Below, piece by piece: positions 11,801 through 24,981 of a DNA stretch of 64,000 nt. The DNA is taken from NCBI RefSeq assembly GCF_020745735.1, contig NC_083418.1, positions 49,369,776 to 49,433,775 of the forward strand, in the 5' to 3' direction. Position 1 is the stretch's first letter. The number at the start of each line of letters is the position of its first letter. The translations under genes were made by a program, and so were the position numbers. The notes under the pieces were generated by a model. That model was not told the origin of the DNA, made no database searches, and was given only the letters and a program-made list of their open reading frames with translations. The stretch comes from Hemiscyllium ocellatum. Taxonomy: Eukaryota.

Positions 11801-13181
11801 AGCGAGGTAATAGGCTATGAAGTAATGGTCGAGAGGGGAGTAGATAAGGAAGTGGAGAGTTGTCATAACTCAGGAAGTCTAACTGGAGAGGGACACCATT
11901 CATTGTTCAACACCATAGTAGGTCCACCACTCATGACACATATAATCTAGGTCCCAGCCTAAGACAGACATTTCTGTAGACCCATCCTTGGTCTGCTTTA
12001 TAATACTTTCTAATTAACCTGATCAGAGATGTCTTTACATACCTCAGGAGTAAGTGGGATTTGAACCCAGGCCTCAAGGATCAGAGGCAGGGACACTACT
12101 GTTGCACCACAAGAATGCTCTGCTCAGGTGATGAGTTCCAGCTGAGCAGACTATTGCCTGTTACTAAGAGAATACATACTTAATAAGTTCCACACTCAGA
12201 TTAATTTCTCATCCCCCATGGGCCTTGTCGGGGTTATCACGAGGCAAACGGATGCTGAGGTGAGAGCAGTGGGAAGAGAGAAAGGAAGTAGTAAGGAGAT
12301 AAGGATGTGAAAGGTGTCAAGGTGGTGAAAATTACCAGTGAGAGCAGGAAGAGACAACAGGTGATGACAACTAGATTTTGGAAGTGGCATAAAGGATCAG
12401 GGAAGGAGGAATTGCAGAATGGGGGGCAAGAGGGGAATAAAGAAAGGGTGATTGGGTCAAGGTGTGAAAACAAGTAAAGCAGTGAGATTGTGGAAATGGG
12501 ATTGAACACAACAGGGGAACAGAGAATAAATATAGTGAAGAAATATATAAATGTAAAGTCATGAGCGATGATGAGGTATGAACATGAGGATCGCGTCATG
12601 GCGTAAGTAATATAGCTGTGTTGTCTTTTCCTGTCATCAAGTTAATCCTCCAAAAACCTGGAGGATTCTGGCTGCAAAGAGGGGAAGGAATAATTTTGAA
12701 GAAGGTGTAACCTCAAAACAGCTTGGATTCTGCTCATTGGCAGGTGTCAGGCTCATCTGTCACCTTGATCTTAATTTTTAAAGACTCCATCCTTCTGCCT
12801 TGCACAAGAGGAGCAGTAGGAATGATACCAACTGTAAGTACCACTGAACAAGTAACTGGCCGCATTTCTCTAAAAATCCCATGTGGCCGGACAGCCTGTA
12901 CATAATGGCAGACTTACAAAAAACCTGTACAATAAATAAAGCATATTGGGAAATCAAGCCAAGCATTGGCTAAACTTATCTGTGCTAATTTGTAGTGTAT
13001 TTGTTATTACGGTATTAATTGTGTTGAAATAGATAAATATCATTTTTTATTATGAGTTGACTCACAATCCTTTGCTGAACACAAGGGTCAACAATACACT
13101 GCATGGCAGGCACAACACCCATTATCTGATGTACAGTACAAAGTTCAAGGAGAACCATAGCTGGAACTTTTAAAATCTTAC

Positions 13182-13248
13182 AACATGTGAAGATAATGCT
13201 GATATGTTAAAGGCCTCCTTCAGGTCTGCAGGCCGCACAGGATTTAAT
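13182..13248 (-). CDS. 2OG-Fe(II) dioxygenase exon 3
   Basis: Acceptor ttttcttcacag|A, donor GTT|gtaaga, 67 nt, phase 2 to 0. Encodes (R)LNPVRPADLKEAFNISALSSHV, containing the DIOX_N-type DLKEAF motif. Confidence 0.88.
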
Positions 13249-13389
13249 CTGTGAAGAAAAAGAATTGTTACACAAAATTCCTCTTATAATTCTTCTTCTG
13301 ACTAACTAGCTAGTTTAGTACAAGCCTTGTTACAAGGAAAAGTCATCTGGTCTACCGAGTCTACATTTTCCACATATCATATACAATCC

Positions 13390-13735
13390 ATCATAGCAGA
13401 GAATCCCTATACTGTGGAAACAGGCCATTCAGCCCAACATGCCTACACTGTCCAATGAGCATCCCATCAAGATTTACCCCGCCCCCCCACCATCGCTTCC
13501 CTGTAATCCTACATTTCCTCAGCCAATTGAGCGCTATAGGCAATTCAGCATGACCAATCCACCTAACTAGCACATTTTTCGACTGTGGGAGGAAACCGGA
13601 GGACTCAAAGAAAACTCACGCACACAAGGGGAGAGTGTGCAAATTCCACACAGACGGTCACTTGAGGTTGGAATTGAACTTGGTTCCTTGTACTGTGAGG
13701 CAGTAGTGCTAACTATTGAGCCATCCCATGGCACC
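13390..13735 (-). mobile_element. Older diverged V-SINE
   Basis: V-domain (gactgtgggaggaaaccgga...gtgcaaattccacacag) and tRNA-like head are recognisable. Confidence 0.75.
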
Positions 13736-13799
13736 CCATAAACATGCAATCAACACAAGAAAATTACCTAATATGAATCTTCTTTGATACTCATAATAA

Positions 13800-13873
13800 C
13801 CCGCTTCGATGGGTCGGTGTGGACTTGTTGGGCCGAAGGGCCTGTTTCCACACTGTAAGTAATCTAATCTAAT
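13800..13873 (+). mobile_element. 5'-truncated V-SINE 3' end
   Basis: gggtcggtgtggacttgttgggccgaagggcctgtttccacactgtaagtaatctaatctaat. Confidence 0.85.
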
Positions 13874-14997
13874 TCAGTTTAGTGGAAGTGACTATTCCCA
13901 CATAGAGAGGCAAATTAACTATGTCTTTATTTCAAAAACTTTCCTTCATTCTTAGAAACAGTATGAACAATTTTTACCTCTTGTGACTCTCTAATGGAGT
14001 TTTATGGCTCTTTCCAACAATTGCTAGTTTTTAGCCTCTGCCTATGGATATAATAGTAGATACTCAGGCTGCACCCAGAGGACCAGAACTGGCACACTCA
14101 TTGTTCACATTACAGCCATCCATCTGACCTTAGGATATCGGACAGTATTTAAATGAAAATAATTTCCAACTTGCTTTAATTACATTGATTACAAAATTAT
14201 TGCCAGTTTTTTTCAATCAAGACCATTTATTTGTTTTGTGTTTTCAAATAGCAAGTATACTTCAAAACTACAAGTTGCTGGACAAAATACATTGATTATG
14301 GACTAGATACTGGCAACAAAATAGTTTATCATTAAACTGTTGTTATCATGATGTTCTTAATCTTTCAACATTGTTTAATCTTTGGCAGACCAGCATAGCA
14401 CATCACTGAACCTCAGGAGACTGAGTAGCCAAATGATCATGTATGTCTATATCGATAACTTTTGTGAGCTACCCAATTGGGACACTCATCTGCTCTTCAC
14501 TCATGACACTATAATTTTTCTCCCCAAATACTGTTGCTGCTCCTTTTGAAAAATTGCTATCTAACTCACATCTACCATCCTCCCATTAATGGATAACTGT
14601 TTGTCATAACGCATATCACATTATTTTATTTCTGTTTCTCATTTCTGGTCGTTTTGCAAATTACGTTAATATTTGACCACTGGTAATTGGCCCTGACACC
14701 AGTGGAAACAATTCCTCCCTAACTGCAATGTCATTCCTCCTTATTTTTGAATAATCCATTTAAATTGTTTTGTTCTCTTCACAACAGTGAAAATTAATCT
14801 CCAGTCCTTCCACATTTCCATTTTGAGTAAAATTCCTCTAGTTATAATCAAGTCTGGCTAAAACACCTCAGTTGACACCTTACCAATGACAGACTTTATA
14901 CGAATTATTTTGTACCCAATGCCTCTAAGTCTATTTTGCCACCTCGTCTCATTCCCACAAAAAAAATTCTGCCAAGAATAGTTCTGTATTTTTATAC

Positions 14998-15122
14998 CTT
15001 TCTGTATCTGCTGCAACCCAGCCATGAGTTAGAGATTCAGACCCCATTGTATGGACATATTGTTGTTTAATGTTACTTGGAAGCATGAAGAACTTCTTGC
15101 AGATGTCCATCACTTCAAATAT
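14998..15122 (-). CDS. 2OG-Fe(II) dioxygenase exon 2
   Basis: Acceptor tttttcctcag|ATA, donor AG|gtataa, 125 nt, phase 0 to 2. Encodes IFEVMDICKKFFMLPSNIKQQYVHTMGSESLTHGWVAADTE (FF.LP...K and HGW motifs). Confidence 0.88.
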
Positions 15123-15604
15123 CTGAGGAAAAATTATGTTTCAAATGTGATGAAATATGTTTTGCTCCTTGGATCTATTAGCTCTAAGTTTTAATCAACA
15201 GTCCCTTTCTTTTTTTTGTTCATTATCACTGATCTATTTTGAAAGGCTACATAAATCATGATGATTAGGGGATTCAATATTAAAAGGAGAAAGTTTCTCA
15301 ATGTATTTTTTCATAGCATGTGAGCATTGCTAGCTAGGTCAGCAATAGGTCAACTGGTTAGGACAAGACTTGTAAAAGAACGTGTAGTTGTACATTTTTT
15401 GATATTCAAGCAATGTTCTATGGAAACAGAAGGATTTGGGATATATTGTATGAGTGAATGTTGAGCACTAATTCTTAATGTCATAAAGAATACTGAAGCA
15501 ATGATAGGAAAGAACTATTTATAGCAACACATTATGGGAAGAGATTCCAATGGGCTCGGAACTCAAGCAACTTAGAAAATGATGGCAATAGCCCTAATTA
15601 CATA

Positions 15605-15925
15605 GGAGTGGCATGGTGGCTTAGTAGTTAGCACTGTTGCCTCACAGGACCAGGGACCCGGATTTGATTCCTGCCTACAGTGACTGCCTGTGTGGAGTTT
15701 ACACATTCTCCCCATATTTTGCATGGATTTCCTCCCACAATCCAAAGATGTGCAGATTAGGTGAATTGGACATGCTAAATTGCCCATAGTGTTAAGTGCA
15801 TTAGTCAGGGGTAAATATATGATAGGGGAAGGGGAATGGGACTGGGTGGGTTACTCTTCGGAGGGTCGGTGTGAACTTGTTGGGTCAAATGGCGTGTCTC
15901 CACACTGTAGGTAATCGAATCTAAT
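15605..15925 (+). mobile_element. V-SINE in intron 1 of the dioxygenase gene
   Basis: tRNA-like head, V-domain and aatcgaatctaat tail. Confidence 0.85.
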
Positions 15926-16470
15926 AGAGGTGCAGGGTCATGAATAAAAGAGAAACAACAAAACAATATCCACAAGAGCTGGGCAGGGTTTGATGTGCAC
16001 GCATTGTGACATGAATGGCAGACTGGCTACTGACAGAGAAATGTCCAATATCTAATAGGATTCTCTTCACAGGAAGGTCTTTAAATGGAAAATACAGATA
16101 AGATATATTCAGAGATTGGAAATGTGCTCTCGGGATTCAGGCATGACTTACAATTACTTGTAAATTGGTCTTTTAGTTGATGGCATCATCAGACCATAAG
16201 AAATTGGAGCAGTGATGATATGATCATGATTGATACATTCCTCAACCCATTCTCCTGCTTTCTCTCCATAACCCTTGATCCCCTTGATACTCAAGAACCA
16301 ATCTGTCTATCCGACATGATTCATTATTGAATAGTTCAACTGATTCACCGTCACATTAACATTGCTATAGCACAAAATTACAAAAGCACAACCCAAATTT
16401 CCCAAAGTATGCATTCACATTGCTAACAAGAACTGACAGTAAATTTGTTGAGACATTAGCAAGGACACAC

Positions 16471-16623
16471 CTTTTGATCTTCAATTCCAGTGTTTTTCAG
16501 GTATACAAATCCAATGTCTGTTAAAGCCCTGATGACCTCTGTGGATATTCGCTCCATTTCGATGGCTGATGGTTCATCTTTTCCTAAGCCAAATGAGCCA
16601 AAGTCAACTACCTCAATGCCCAT
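16471..16623 (-). CDS. 2OG-Fe(II) dioxygenase exon 1 (start codon, DIOX_N region)
   Basis: ATG at 16623, 51 codons MGIEVVDFGSFGLGKDEPSAIEMERISTEVIRALTDIGFVYLKNTGIEDQK (VVDF...GFVYLKNTGI, DIOX_N-like). Donor AAG|gtgtgt is in phase with exon 2. Confidence 0.88.
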
Positions 16624-17924
16624 TGTATTCCAGTGATTTTGGCTTTTTTTGGAGCTAAAGGATAAAGGTAGAGCAACAGAATTTAAACTGAAATGCAGAA
16701 ATGTCCCTCCTTCTTTCCTTCCCCGCACTCTTAACATTTCCGCATCCTTTCTCCATCTACTCCTTCCCCTTCTGTTCTGCTTCAGTCCTCTCCTTTATCG
16801 TAATCTCATCTCTCAGTAACCCCTGTCCTTCCCCAGCCACTCTTTTATGTTCCCTAAGAAAAACGAATCGAAGTAGAGGAGGTAAAAAGACATTGAGAGT
16901 AGTGTACAAAAAGATAAGTAGAGAGGGAAATGCAGTAACTGGATAGTGGGGCGGAAGAAACTTCAAAATCTGGAGGATGAAGACAGTCACACACACAAAA
17001 AAAACAGAAAACGGAATAGGGAAATAAAAGACGACGGAGAAGAACGGCAAGAGTTCTAGAACCGACAGAAAATAGTTGGGGATACAAAGAAAACCATCAC
17101 ACAATGTGCGGAGTGATTTTTTTTGTAGAAGGAGGATAACTTGTAAATGCCAAGCGCGCGTATTCCGCCTCAGCAATCCACGAAAGAGTGCAGACGGGAG
17201 AGACACTCAGTGATGGGAGTCTGGGAGGTGAGCTGGCCAGCAGTTCCGCTGGGACAGGAGGGTTGTTGCAGAGACAGTGGGGAGAAAAGTGACAGTGGTC
17301 AGGACAGAACCCCCTTTGTATACGGTTGGCTCTGGACTCTGTAGGTGTCCCATCTGCCGCTTGTCAAATTCCGTCAGTGTCGGGACTGGGGGAGAAAGAA
17401 ACCCCTCAAATTGGATCTTTGATCTTTTGATTGTCTGTCCGCCAGACTTGTTTAGAGGTGGGAGAGCACCGGGGAGACCTCCTGACACGGATCTGCTTCA
17501 AATTTTCTGGTTCTCACTCTAACAGAGAGAGACTCAAAGAGCAAGGCTAAGTTATTGTAAGACTTTTGAGTACTTAACAACTTCTTATGAATTTTCTTCA
17601 CCAATTTCAACGTTGAAACGGTATAAAGTTACCTTCAAGCTTTCAGATTTCAGTGGACTTACCAGCTTGTTGTAGGTACTTCAAGTGAGTCCTTCACGTC
17701 TTCCAACTGTGAAGCTGAGAAGTGAAGAATTACAGATGAGCAAATATTGCTCTGCACTGAGTTGTTTTGAATACGTGGCCTTTAAAGGCAACTGATATGG
17801 ACGTAAAGATAACAGTAGTTGAAAACACACATTTTGTTGTTTAATTAAGCTGAGGAGGATGAGAAATATTATTGAAGAAAATGATGTTGAATACTGAACA
17901 TGAGCAACTTGGGTATATTCGAGT

Positions 17925-18775
17925 TATAAAGTCATAGAGGCGTACAGCAGGGAAACAGATCCTTCGGTTCAGCTCGTCCATGCCGACCAGATATCTTAAC
18001 CTAATCTAGTCCGTTTTGCCAGCACTTGGCCCATATCTCTCTAAACCCTTCCTATTCATATACCCAACCAGATGCCTTTTAAATACTGTCATTGTACCAG
18101 CCTCCACCACTTCCTCTAGCAGCTCATTCCTCTGTGAGAAAATGTTGTCCCTTAGGTCCCTTTAAAATCTCTACCCTCTCAACCAAAACCTATGCCCTCT
18201 AGTTCTGGACTCCACCAATCCAGGGAAAAGGCTTTGCCTTGTTACCCTGTCCATGCCCCTCATGATTTTATAAACCTCTATAAGGTCACCTCTCAGCCTC
18301 TGATGCCCCAGGGAAAACAAACCCAGCCTATTCAGCCTCTCCCTGTAGCTCAAATCTTCCAAACCTGGCAACATCCTTGTACATCTTTCCTGAACCCTTT
18401 AAAGTTTCACAACATCATTCTGACAGGAAGGAGAACAGAATTGTTCGCAATATTCCAAAAGTGGCCTAATCAATGTCCTGTACGGCCGCATCATGACCTC
18501 CCAACACTTTTACTCAATGCTATGACCAATAAAGGAAAGCATACCAAATCCATTCATCCCTATCCTATCTACCTGCAACTCTACTTTCAAGGAACAATGA
18601 ACCTGCACTCGAAGGTCTCTTTGTTCAGCAACACTCACCAGGATCTTACTATTAAGTGTATAAGTCTTGCTCTGATTTGCTTTTCTAAAATGCAGCACCT
18701 CACATTTATCTTAATTAAACTCCATCAGCCACTCCTCAGCCCATTGGCCCATCTGATCAAGATCCTGTTGTAACT
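17925..18775 (-). mobile_element. CR1/HER1-like LINE 3' fragment
   Basis: RT remnant LPGLEDLSYRERLNRLGLFSL...LRGDLIEVYKIM with a gtcatagag-type tail. Confidence 0.88.
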
Positions 18776-18879
18776 TAATTTTTAACTTGAGAGACATTCT
18801 GGTGCCTCATCTGGGATGTAATTATTCATGTTTTCCCTTTAATTGCAAAGTTGTATTAGTTCATTCAAGCAGTAAATGA

Positions 18880-19160
18880 CTTTTCACTTATCATAAGGTT
18901 CCACTCTAGGACTTGAGCACAATCATTCAGGTCGATACTCTGCAGGCGTGCTGCACTGCTGCAGGTTTTCTCTTTCAAATTTGATATGCAACCATGGCCT
19001 CGTATAGCTCTACGATGTAGTGGTAATACATTGGACTTCCAGTCACTTGCCCCTGAACATCTCTGAACATATTCATTATGCAAAAGAAATGCTGGCCTAA
19101 TGCTTGTGTGGATATAAACTACCAGGCCATGTGCTTGAAGAAGAGGACGTTATCTCTGTA
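18880..19160 (+). mobile_element. Degenerate Deu-domain SINE (SacSINE1/AmnSINE-like)
   Basis: ccactctaggacttgagcaca...gtgctgcactg...gaagaagag resembles the DeuSINE central domain as I recall it; not aligned computationally. Confidence 0.45.
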
Positions 19161-20679
19161 CTACTGTAGAATAGTCATATTCAGTTTGGAACGATCACTC
19201 TGTTTTTCTGTCCTCACAGCTGGTTAAATATTGCCAACATGTTCTGTTTTATTTCAATTATCTCTGGAGTCCAGGTCAATGATTATCCCTCTGTCAACAC
19301 CACAAGAACCGATTCCCTGATCTTACAATGATGGGTCAGAACACTAAAATACTGTGGTAGTTTTAGTCCTTAATGCCAAAATGTCAGTTTTTTTTTAAAA
19401 GAGGAAGCCACAGAGATAAATAACTGCAGGTTTAAATTCTGGCTGGCGATAATTGTGTGGAAATGATTGGATGTAACATGTAAACATAGAAAGTAGGAAG
19501 CAAAAGCAAACCCTTCCAGCCTGATTTGCCATTCAATATGATCATGGCTGATACCCTGTTCCTGATTTCTCCCAGTACGCCTTAATCTCTTTAGGCCTAA
19601 GAACTATATCTAACTCCTTCTTGATAACTTTTAATGTTTTTACCTCATCCTCTTTCAGTGGCAGAGAATTCCACAGGGTCAGCACTCTCTGAGTGAAGAA
19701 ATGTCTCCTTATCTCAGTCCCAAATCACCCACTTCATATACTTAAACTGTGGCCCCTGGTTCTGGTCTCTTCAGTCATCGGTAGCAATGGGTAAATGACC
19801 AGCTGAATTACAAACAGAAAGGAGATTGAAATCAGAGACACCAATGTGAAAATGCAGTCTTAAGCCAACAATCACAAGAAGGTCAAGGAAATGGAGAACT
19901 GCCACACTAAAATGCAGCAAAAGTAATATAACTCTCAACAACATACCAGAAGTCCTTTTCAGTTTTGAAACCAGGCCCATGAAACCAAGTAATATACAAT
20001 CAGAGGAATGTCATTAGAGGAACACATCAACCACTATATATATAACTTATACACATAAACACGTAAAGGAACATTAAATAGAAGTACAAAGTAATTGATC
20101 TTACTCAATCCAAGAGGTAAGATGTCAGGATGTTGGACAGAGATATCCATATATATCAGAAATACTATGCAAACTGTGCACTGGAAATCCAGTGAACCAG
20201 ATCACGTGCTCTGTTACAATTCCAGATCATCATGAATGGTGAGCTTCAGACTTTTCAGAGGATCTTTGCAGATGCTGATAATAATAATAATGATCATAAT
20301 GATAATGTAAATAATTTTAAAAATTGTAATTATGGAAAACATGTTTAAATGTAGTGTAATGGAGTGTACAAATGGTGACGTTACTGATTAATGTTACTCT
20401 GAGAGACGACTGTTGAGAAAAGGTCAGAGTACAGAAATGAGAAGAAGCATATAAAGAGAGAGGTTTTGGACACAACAGCTGAATACAGTAACCTTTAATG
20501 TTTTAATGTGAACTAGAGCAATAAAATACTGAAGAGATTGAGTGAATCTTACCCTAGGATAAAGGCAAATAAAGGATAGTAAAGAACCTTTGACAAAGAA
20601 ACACACAAGAGATCAGGAAGCAAAATTAAAGCTCCTCATCAGAGATAATGTATTTTTGTGGACAAAGAACTAGTTTTCA

Positions 20680-21757
20680 GACAGAAGGTATTTGGAATAA
20701 ACTGGTCCTTTTCAGAGTGGCAGACAGTGATGAGTGAGGTACCGTTGGGTTCAGAAATGGGACCCCAGCTTTCACAATATACATTAACAATCGGGACAAA
20801 AGAATTGAATCTAACAACTCCAAATTTGCAGACAACATTAAGCTGGATGGCAGTGCATGCTATGAGGAGGATGCTAGAGGCTGCAGGGTGACTTGGACCT
20901 GGCTGAGTGGGCAAATACTTGGCAAATGCAATCTCATGTGGATAAATGTGAGGTTATCAACTTTGATGGCAAAAACAGGAAAGCAGATAATTATCTGAAT
21001 GATGGCAGTTTAGGAAATGGTGAGGTACAATGAGACCTGAGTGGAATGGTGGAACAGTCACTGAAGGTTGGCATGCAGGTGCAGCAGACAGTGAGGAAAG
21101 CTAATGGCATACTGGCCTTCATAGCGAGCTGATCTGAGTATGGAAGTAGGGGTGTCTTGCTGCAGTTATACAGGGCCTTGGTGATGCCTCACCTTGAGTA
21201 TTGTGTGCAGCTTTGGGCTCCTAGTCTAAGGAAGGACACTCTTGCTATTGAGGAAGTCCAGTGAAGGTTTGTCAGACAATTCTTGGGATGGCAGGACAGG
21301 CATATGAAGAAAGATTGGGATTGATTGGGCTTGTACTCATCAGAATTCAGAAGAATGAGGGGTTATCTCATAGAAACATGTAAAATCCTGATGGGACTGA
21401 AAAGGCTAGATGCGTGAAGAAAGTTCCCGATGTTGGGGAAGTACAAAAATAAGGGACACAATCTAAGAATAAGGAGTAAGCTATTCAGGACTGAGAAGAG
21501 GAAGACCTTCTTCATTCAGAGAGTTGTGAAGCAGTGGAATTCTCTCCCATAGGAAGCTGTAGGGCCAGTTCATAAGATTTATTCAAGAGGAAACTGGTTG
21601 TGGTTCTTGCTGCTAAAGGCATCACAGGATATGAAGAGAAAGCAGGAATGGGATACTGAAATTGCATGATCAGTCGTGATAATATTAAAAGGTGGTGGAG
21701 GCTTGAAAGGCCGAATGGCCAACTCCTGCACCTATTTGTATGTTTCTATGCTTCTAA
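20680..21757 (+). mobile_element. Diverged CR1 LINE 3' fragment
   Basis: Remnants of SGVPQGSVLGP, KFADDTKL and LEYCVQ.W, with a tatgtttctatg tail. Confidence 0.8.
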
Positions 21758-22736
21758 AAGGATTGGTAACCTGGTGAAAACCAACAGCATTGAACAGTGG
21801 ATGTGTTCCTACAGCCCAGAGATATAAAGGGGAAGTACTGACTATACATATATAGTTTTCACATAAAGCAAAGAATAAACCAGAGACCAGAGCAGTTTAG
21901 GATTGCAGCTTTATTTTCCTGAATGGCGTTAGTGAACTGGATGTGTTTAATTTACAGCAATTAATATTTAGTAATACTGGAGATAAAAGTGGAAACTTTA
22001 ATCACATACAAGTTCCATAGAACTCAGGTGATGTCAGCAGGCTGTGTCTGTTGATGAGGCTGGGCCAACATAACTTGTTATTAAACATAAAACCATGTGA
22101 AATAGGAATAAGAGCAGACTGTTTAACCCCTCAAGCCTGCTCAGGCATTCAAGATGATCGCAGCTGATCTAACATTCCTCGTGTCCATTTTCATACCTTT
22201 GTTAAAGTACAGATTTGAGATGCCCAGGGAATCCCTGATGGACTCAGACCTGTAAGCCTCTCTCATGGTTCGCCCCAGAGATCGTACTCTTTGGAAGTCT
22301 GGAATAAAAAAAACCCTCTTACAGACAGGTTAGTTTAGTTTTAGGCATCCCTTTTACACACTAATGGCATCACTGTTACAACATAACACTGATACCTATA
22401 AGCTTACCTAACTAGGTTCTAATAACCTCGGAGAGTAGCGTACCAACTCTTCAAGTGCCCCAGCAGGCTACTCCAATGTACTGACACAAAGTGACTTCCT
22501 TTAAACAAAGGTTTAAAAAACATTGCATGTTCACAATTAGATAACAGTGAAAGACAATAATTCGTAAGGAAGAAAAGTTAATTGACAGGTCTGTGTAGCC
22601 ATCAGGTGGGAAAAACATACCCAGCTGAGTTAAGCGCCTGCTAGTGAAATAAACTCCTACCATAAAGAGGTACCAGTCTGAGCTAATTGGAGAGTTCATA
22701 AGGTAACCTTGCACAGCTCACATGTCTGATACAATT

Positions 22737-24981
22737 TTTTTAATTTCAAAAATATACTTTATTCATAAAATAATCATAAAATAATTTGATGGTCTGTACA
22801 TTTGGTCATGCCATACATATGTCAACATTTACATACACAGATCAGAAATTATCATTGTTACATACAGGTCTGTGCATTTCTCACTCATATGCCCATATAT
22901 TTAGCTGAGGCGTCAGCAGAGCCCAAACGACTGCTTGGGCCCCCTGTTCTTCTTTAGGCAGGCAGATGTTACACGGTGGTCTTTCCCCACTGCGCCTTGG
23001 CGGCAGCTGCCCCAAGCTTCAGCGCGTCCCTCAACACGTAGTCCTGGATCTTGGAATGTGCCAGTCTGCAACACTCAGTCGGGGTCAACTCCTTCAGCTG
23101 GAAGATCAACAGGGTTCGGACCACCCAGAGAGCATCCTTCACCGAGTTGATGATCCTCCAGGCACAGTTGATGTTCGTCTCAGTGTGCGTCCCGGGGAAC
23201 AGGCCGTAGAGCATGGAGTCCCGTGTCACAGCGCTGCTCAGGATGAACCTCGACAAACACCACTGCATTCCTCTCCAGACTTCTTCTGCATAGGCACATT
23301 CCAGAAGGAGGTGGGTGACAGTCTCTTCCCCCCCGCAGCCGCTTCAAGGGCAGCGTGCGGTGCGGCTGAGAGTCCGGGCGTACATAAAGGATCTCACAGG
23401 CAGAGCCCTTCTCACCACCAACCAAGCCATGTCTTGGTGCTTGTTGGACAGTTCTGGCGATGAGGCATTCTGCCAAATGGCTTTGACAGTCTGCTCAGGG
23501 AACCGCTCGATAGGATCCGCCCTCTCCGTTTCCTGAAGGGTCTCGAGGACACTACGTGCTGACCACTTCCTGATGGACTTGTGGTCAAAGATGTTTTCCT
23601 TCATATACTTCTCCACAAAGGACAGGTGATACGGAACGGTCCAACTACTCGGAGCGTTCCACGGCAGCGAGGCCAGGCCCATCCTTCGCAATACCGGGGA
23701 CAGGTAGAATCTCAGTACGTAGTGACACTTGGTGTTTGCGTACCGGGGATCCACGCACACACAAAGGTGGCCATCAGGGTGAGGGTGGCATTGGGTGTAT
23801 TTTTTCCCAGATCTTTGTATAGCAAGTCCCTTCGGACCCGGTCCATCTTTGAACTCCATATAAACTGGAAGATGTCCCGGGTGACTGCAGCGGCGCAGGT
23901 TCTGGGAATAGGCCAGACCTGTGCCACGTACAACAGCAATGACAGTGCCTCACACCTGATGACCAGGTTTTTTCCCATGATGGAGAGCGACCGTAGCTTC
24001 CATCTGCCCAGTTTCTGCCTCACTTTACTGATACGCTCCTCCCAGCCCCCCCAAACCAAATACCCAGCCCCTTCAGGTGGTCGGTCCTGACGGTGAAGGG
24101 GATCGAGGATTGGTCAGCCCAGTTCCCGAAGAGCATGGCCTCGCTCTTGCCTCGGTTTACCTTGGCCCCCGAGGCCCATTCGAACTGGTCACAAATGCAC
24201 ATGAGTCTGCGCACGGACAGCGGATCCGAGCAGAAAACGGCGACATCATCCATGTACAGGGAGGCCTTAACCTGCAGGCCCCCGCTGCCAGGAATAGTCA
24301 CCCCTCTCAGGCTCGCATCCTTCCTGATGGACTCAGCAAATGGCTCTATGCAGCACACAAACAAGGCAGGAGAGAGAGGGCAGCCCTGCCTTACTCCAGA
24401 TCTGACTAGGAAGCTATCTGATTCCCACCCATTGATTGAGACTGCACTGACAATGTTGGTGTAGAGCAGTCTGATCCAATTGCAGATTCCCTCCCCAAAG
24501 CCCATTTTGGAGAGAACATCTCTCATATACCTGTGTGATATCCTGTCAAAGGCTTTCTCCTGGTCCAGGCTGATCAGGCAGGCATCCAACCCTCTGTCCT
24601 GCACGTAGGCGATCGTATCCCTGAGGAATGTGAGACTCTCAGCGATCTTCCTGCCCGGCACAGCACAGGTTTGGTCAGGGTGAATCACCGACCCCAGAGC
24701 AGACCTGACCCGGTTGGCGATTACCTTTGACAGTATTTTGTAATCCGCATTCAATAGTGTGAACGGTCTCCAATTTTTGAGTTCCTCCCTCTCCCCGTTC
24801 TGCTTGTAGATGAGGGTGATGATGCCTTTCCTCATGGATTTGCTCATGGTACCTGCCTGAAGCACATTGACATACACCTCCAGCAGGTCCTGGCCAATCA
24901 AGTCCCATAGAGCAGAATAGAGCTCGACCGGTAAGCCGTCGCTTCCGGGAGTTTTATTCTTTTCGGAGGACTCGAGGGCCC
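22737..24981 (-). mobile_element. Tx1-clade non-LTR retrotransposon, 5'-truncated, with a well-preserved RT
   Basis: 293-aa ORF with KNWRPFTLLNADYKIL, DQTCAVPGRKI, SLDQEKAFDR, GVRQGCPLSP and YMDD, plus the Tx1-type C-terminus ALKLGAAAAKAQWGKTTV. AATAAA and A-rich 3' end near 22740-22765. Imperfect TSD catgtct(gat)acaatt at 22721-22736 and 24982-24994. Confidence 0.9.

Noticed and set aside
12196-12599. Hydrophobic ORFs here and at 28274-28540 and 16757-17206
   Set aside because: Caused by purine/pyrimidine strand skew, probably ancient L2-like remnants or low-complexity DNA; no domain evidence.
16624-16737. Upstream in-frame extension of exon 1 shown in the ORF track (MLRVRGRKEGG...)
   Set aside because: It starts at a non-ATG codon and is low-complexity; homology-like sequence begins at MGIEVVDF.
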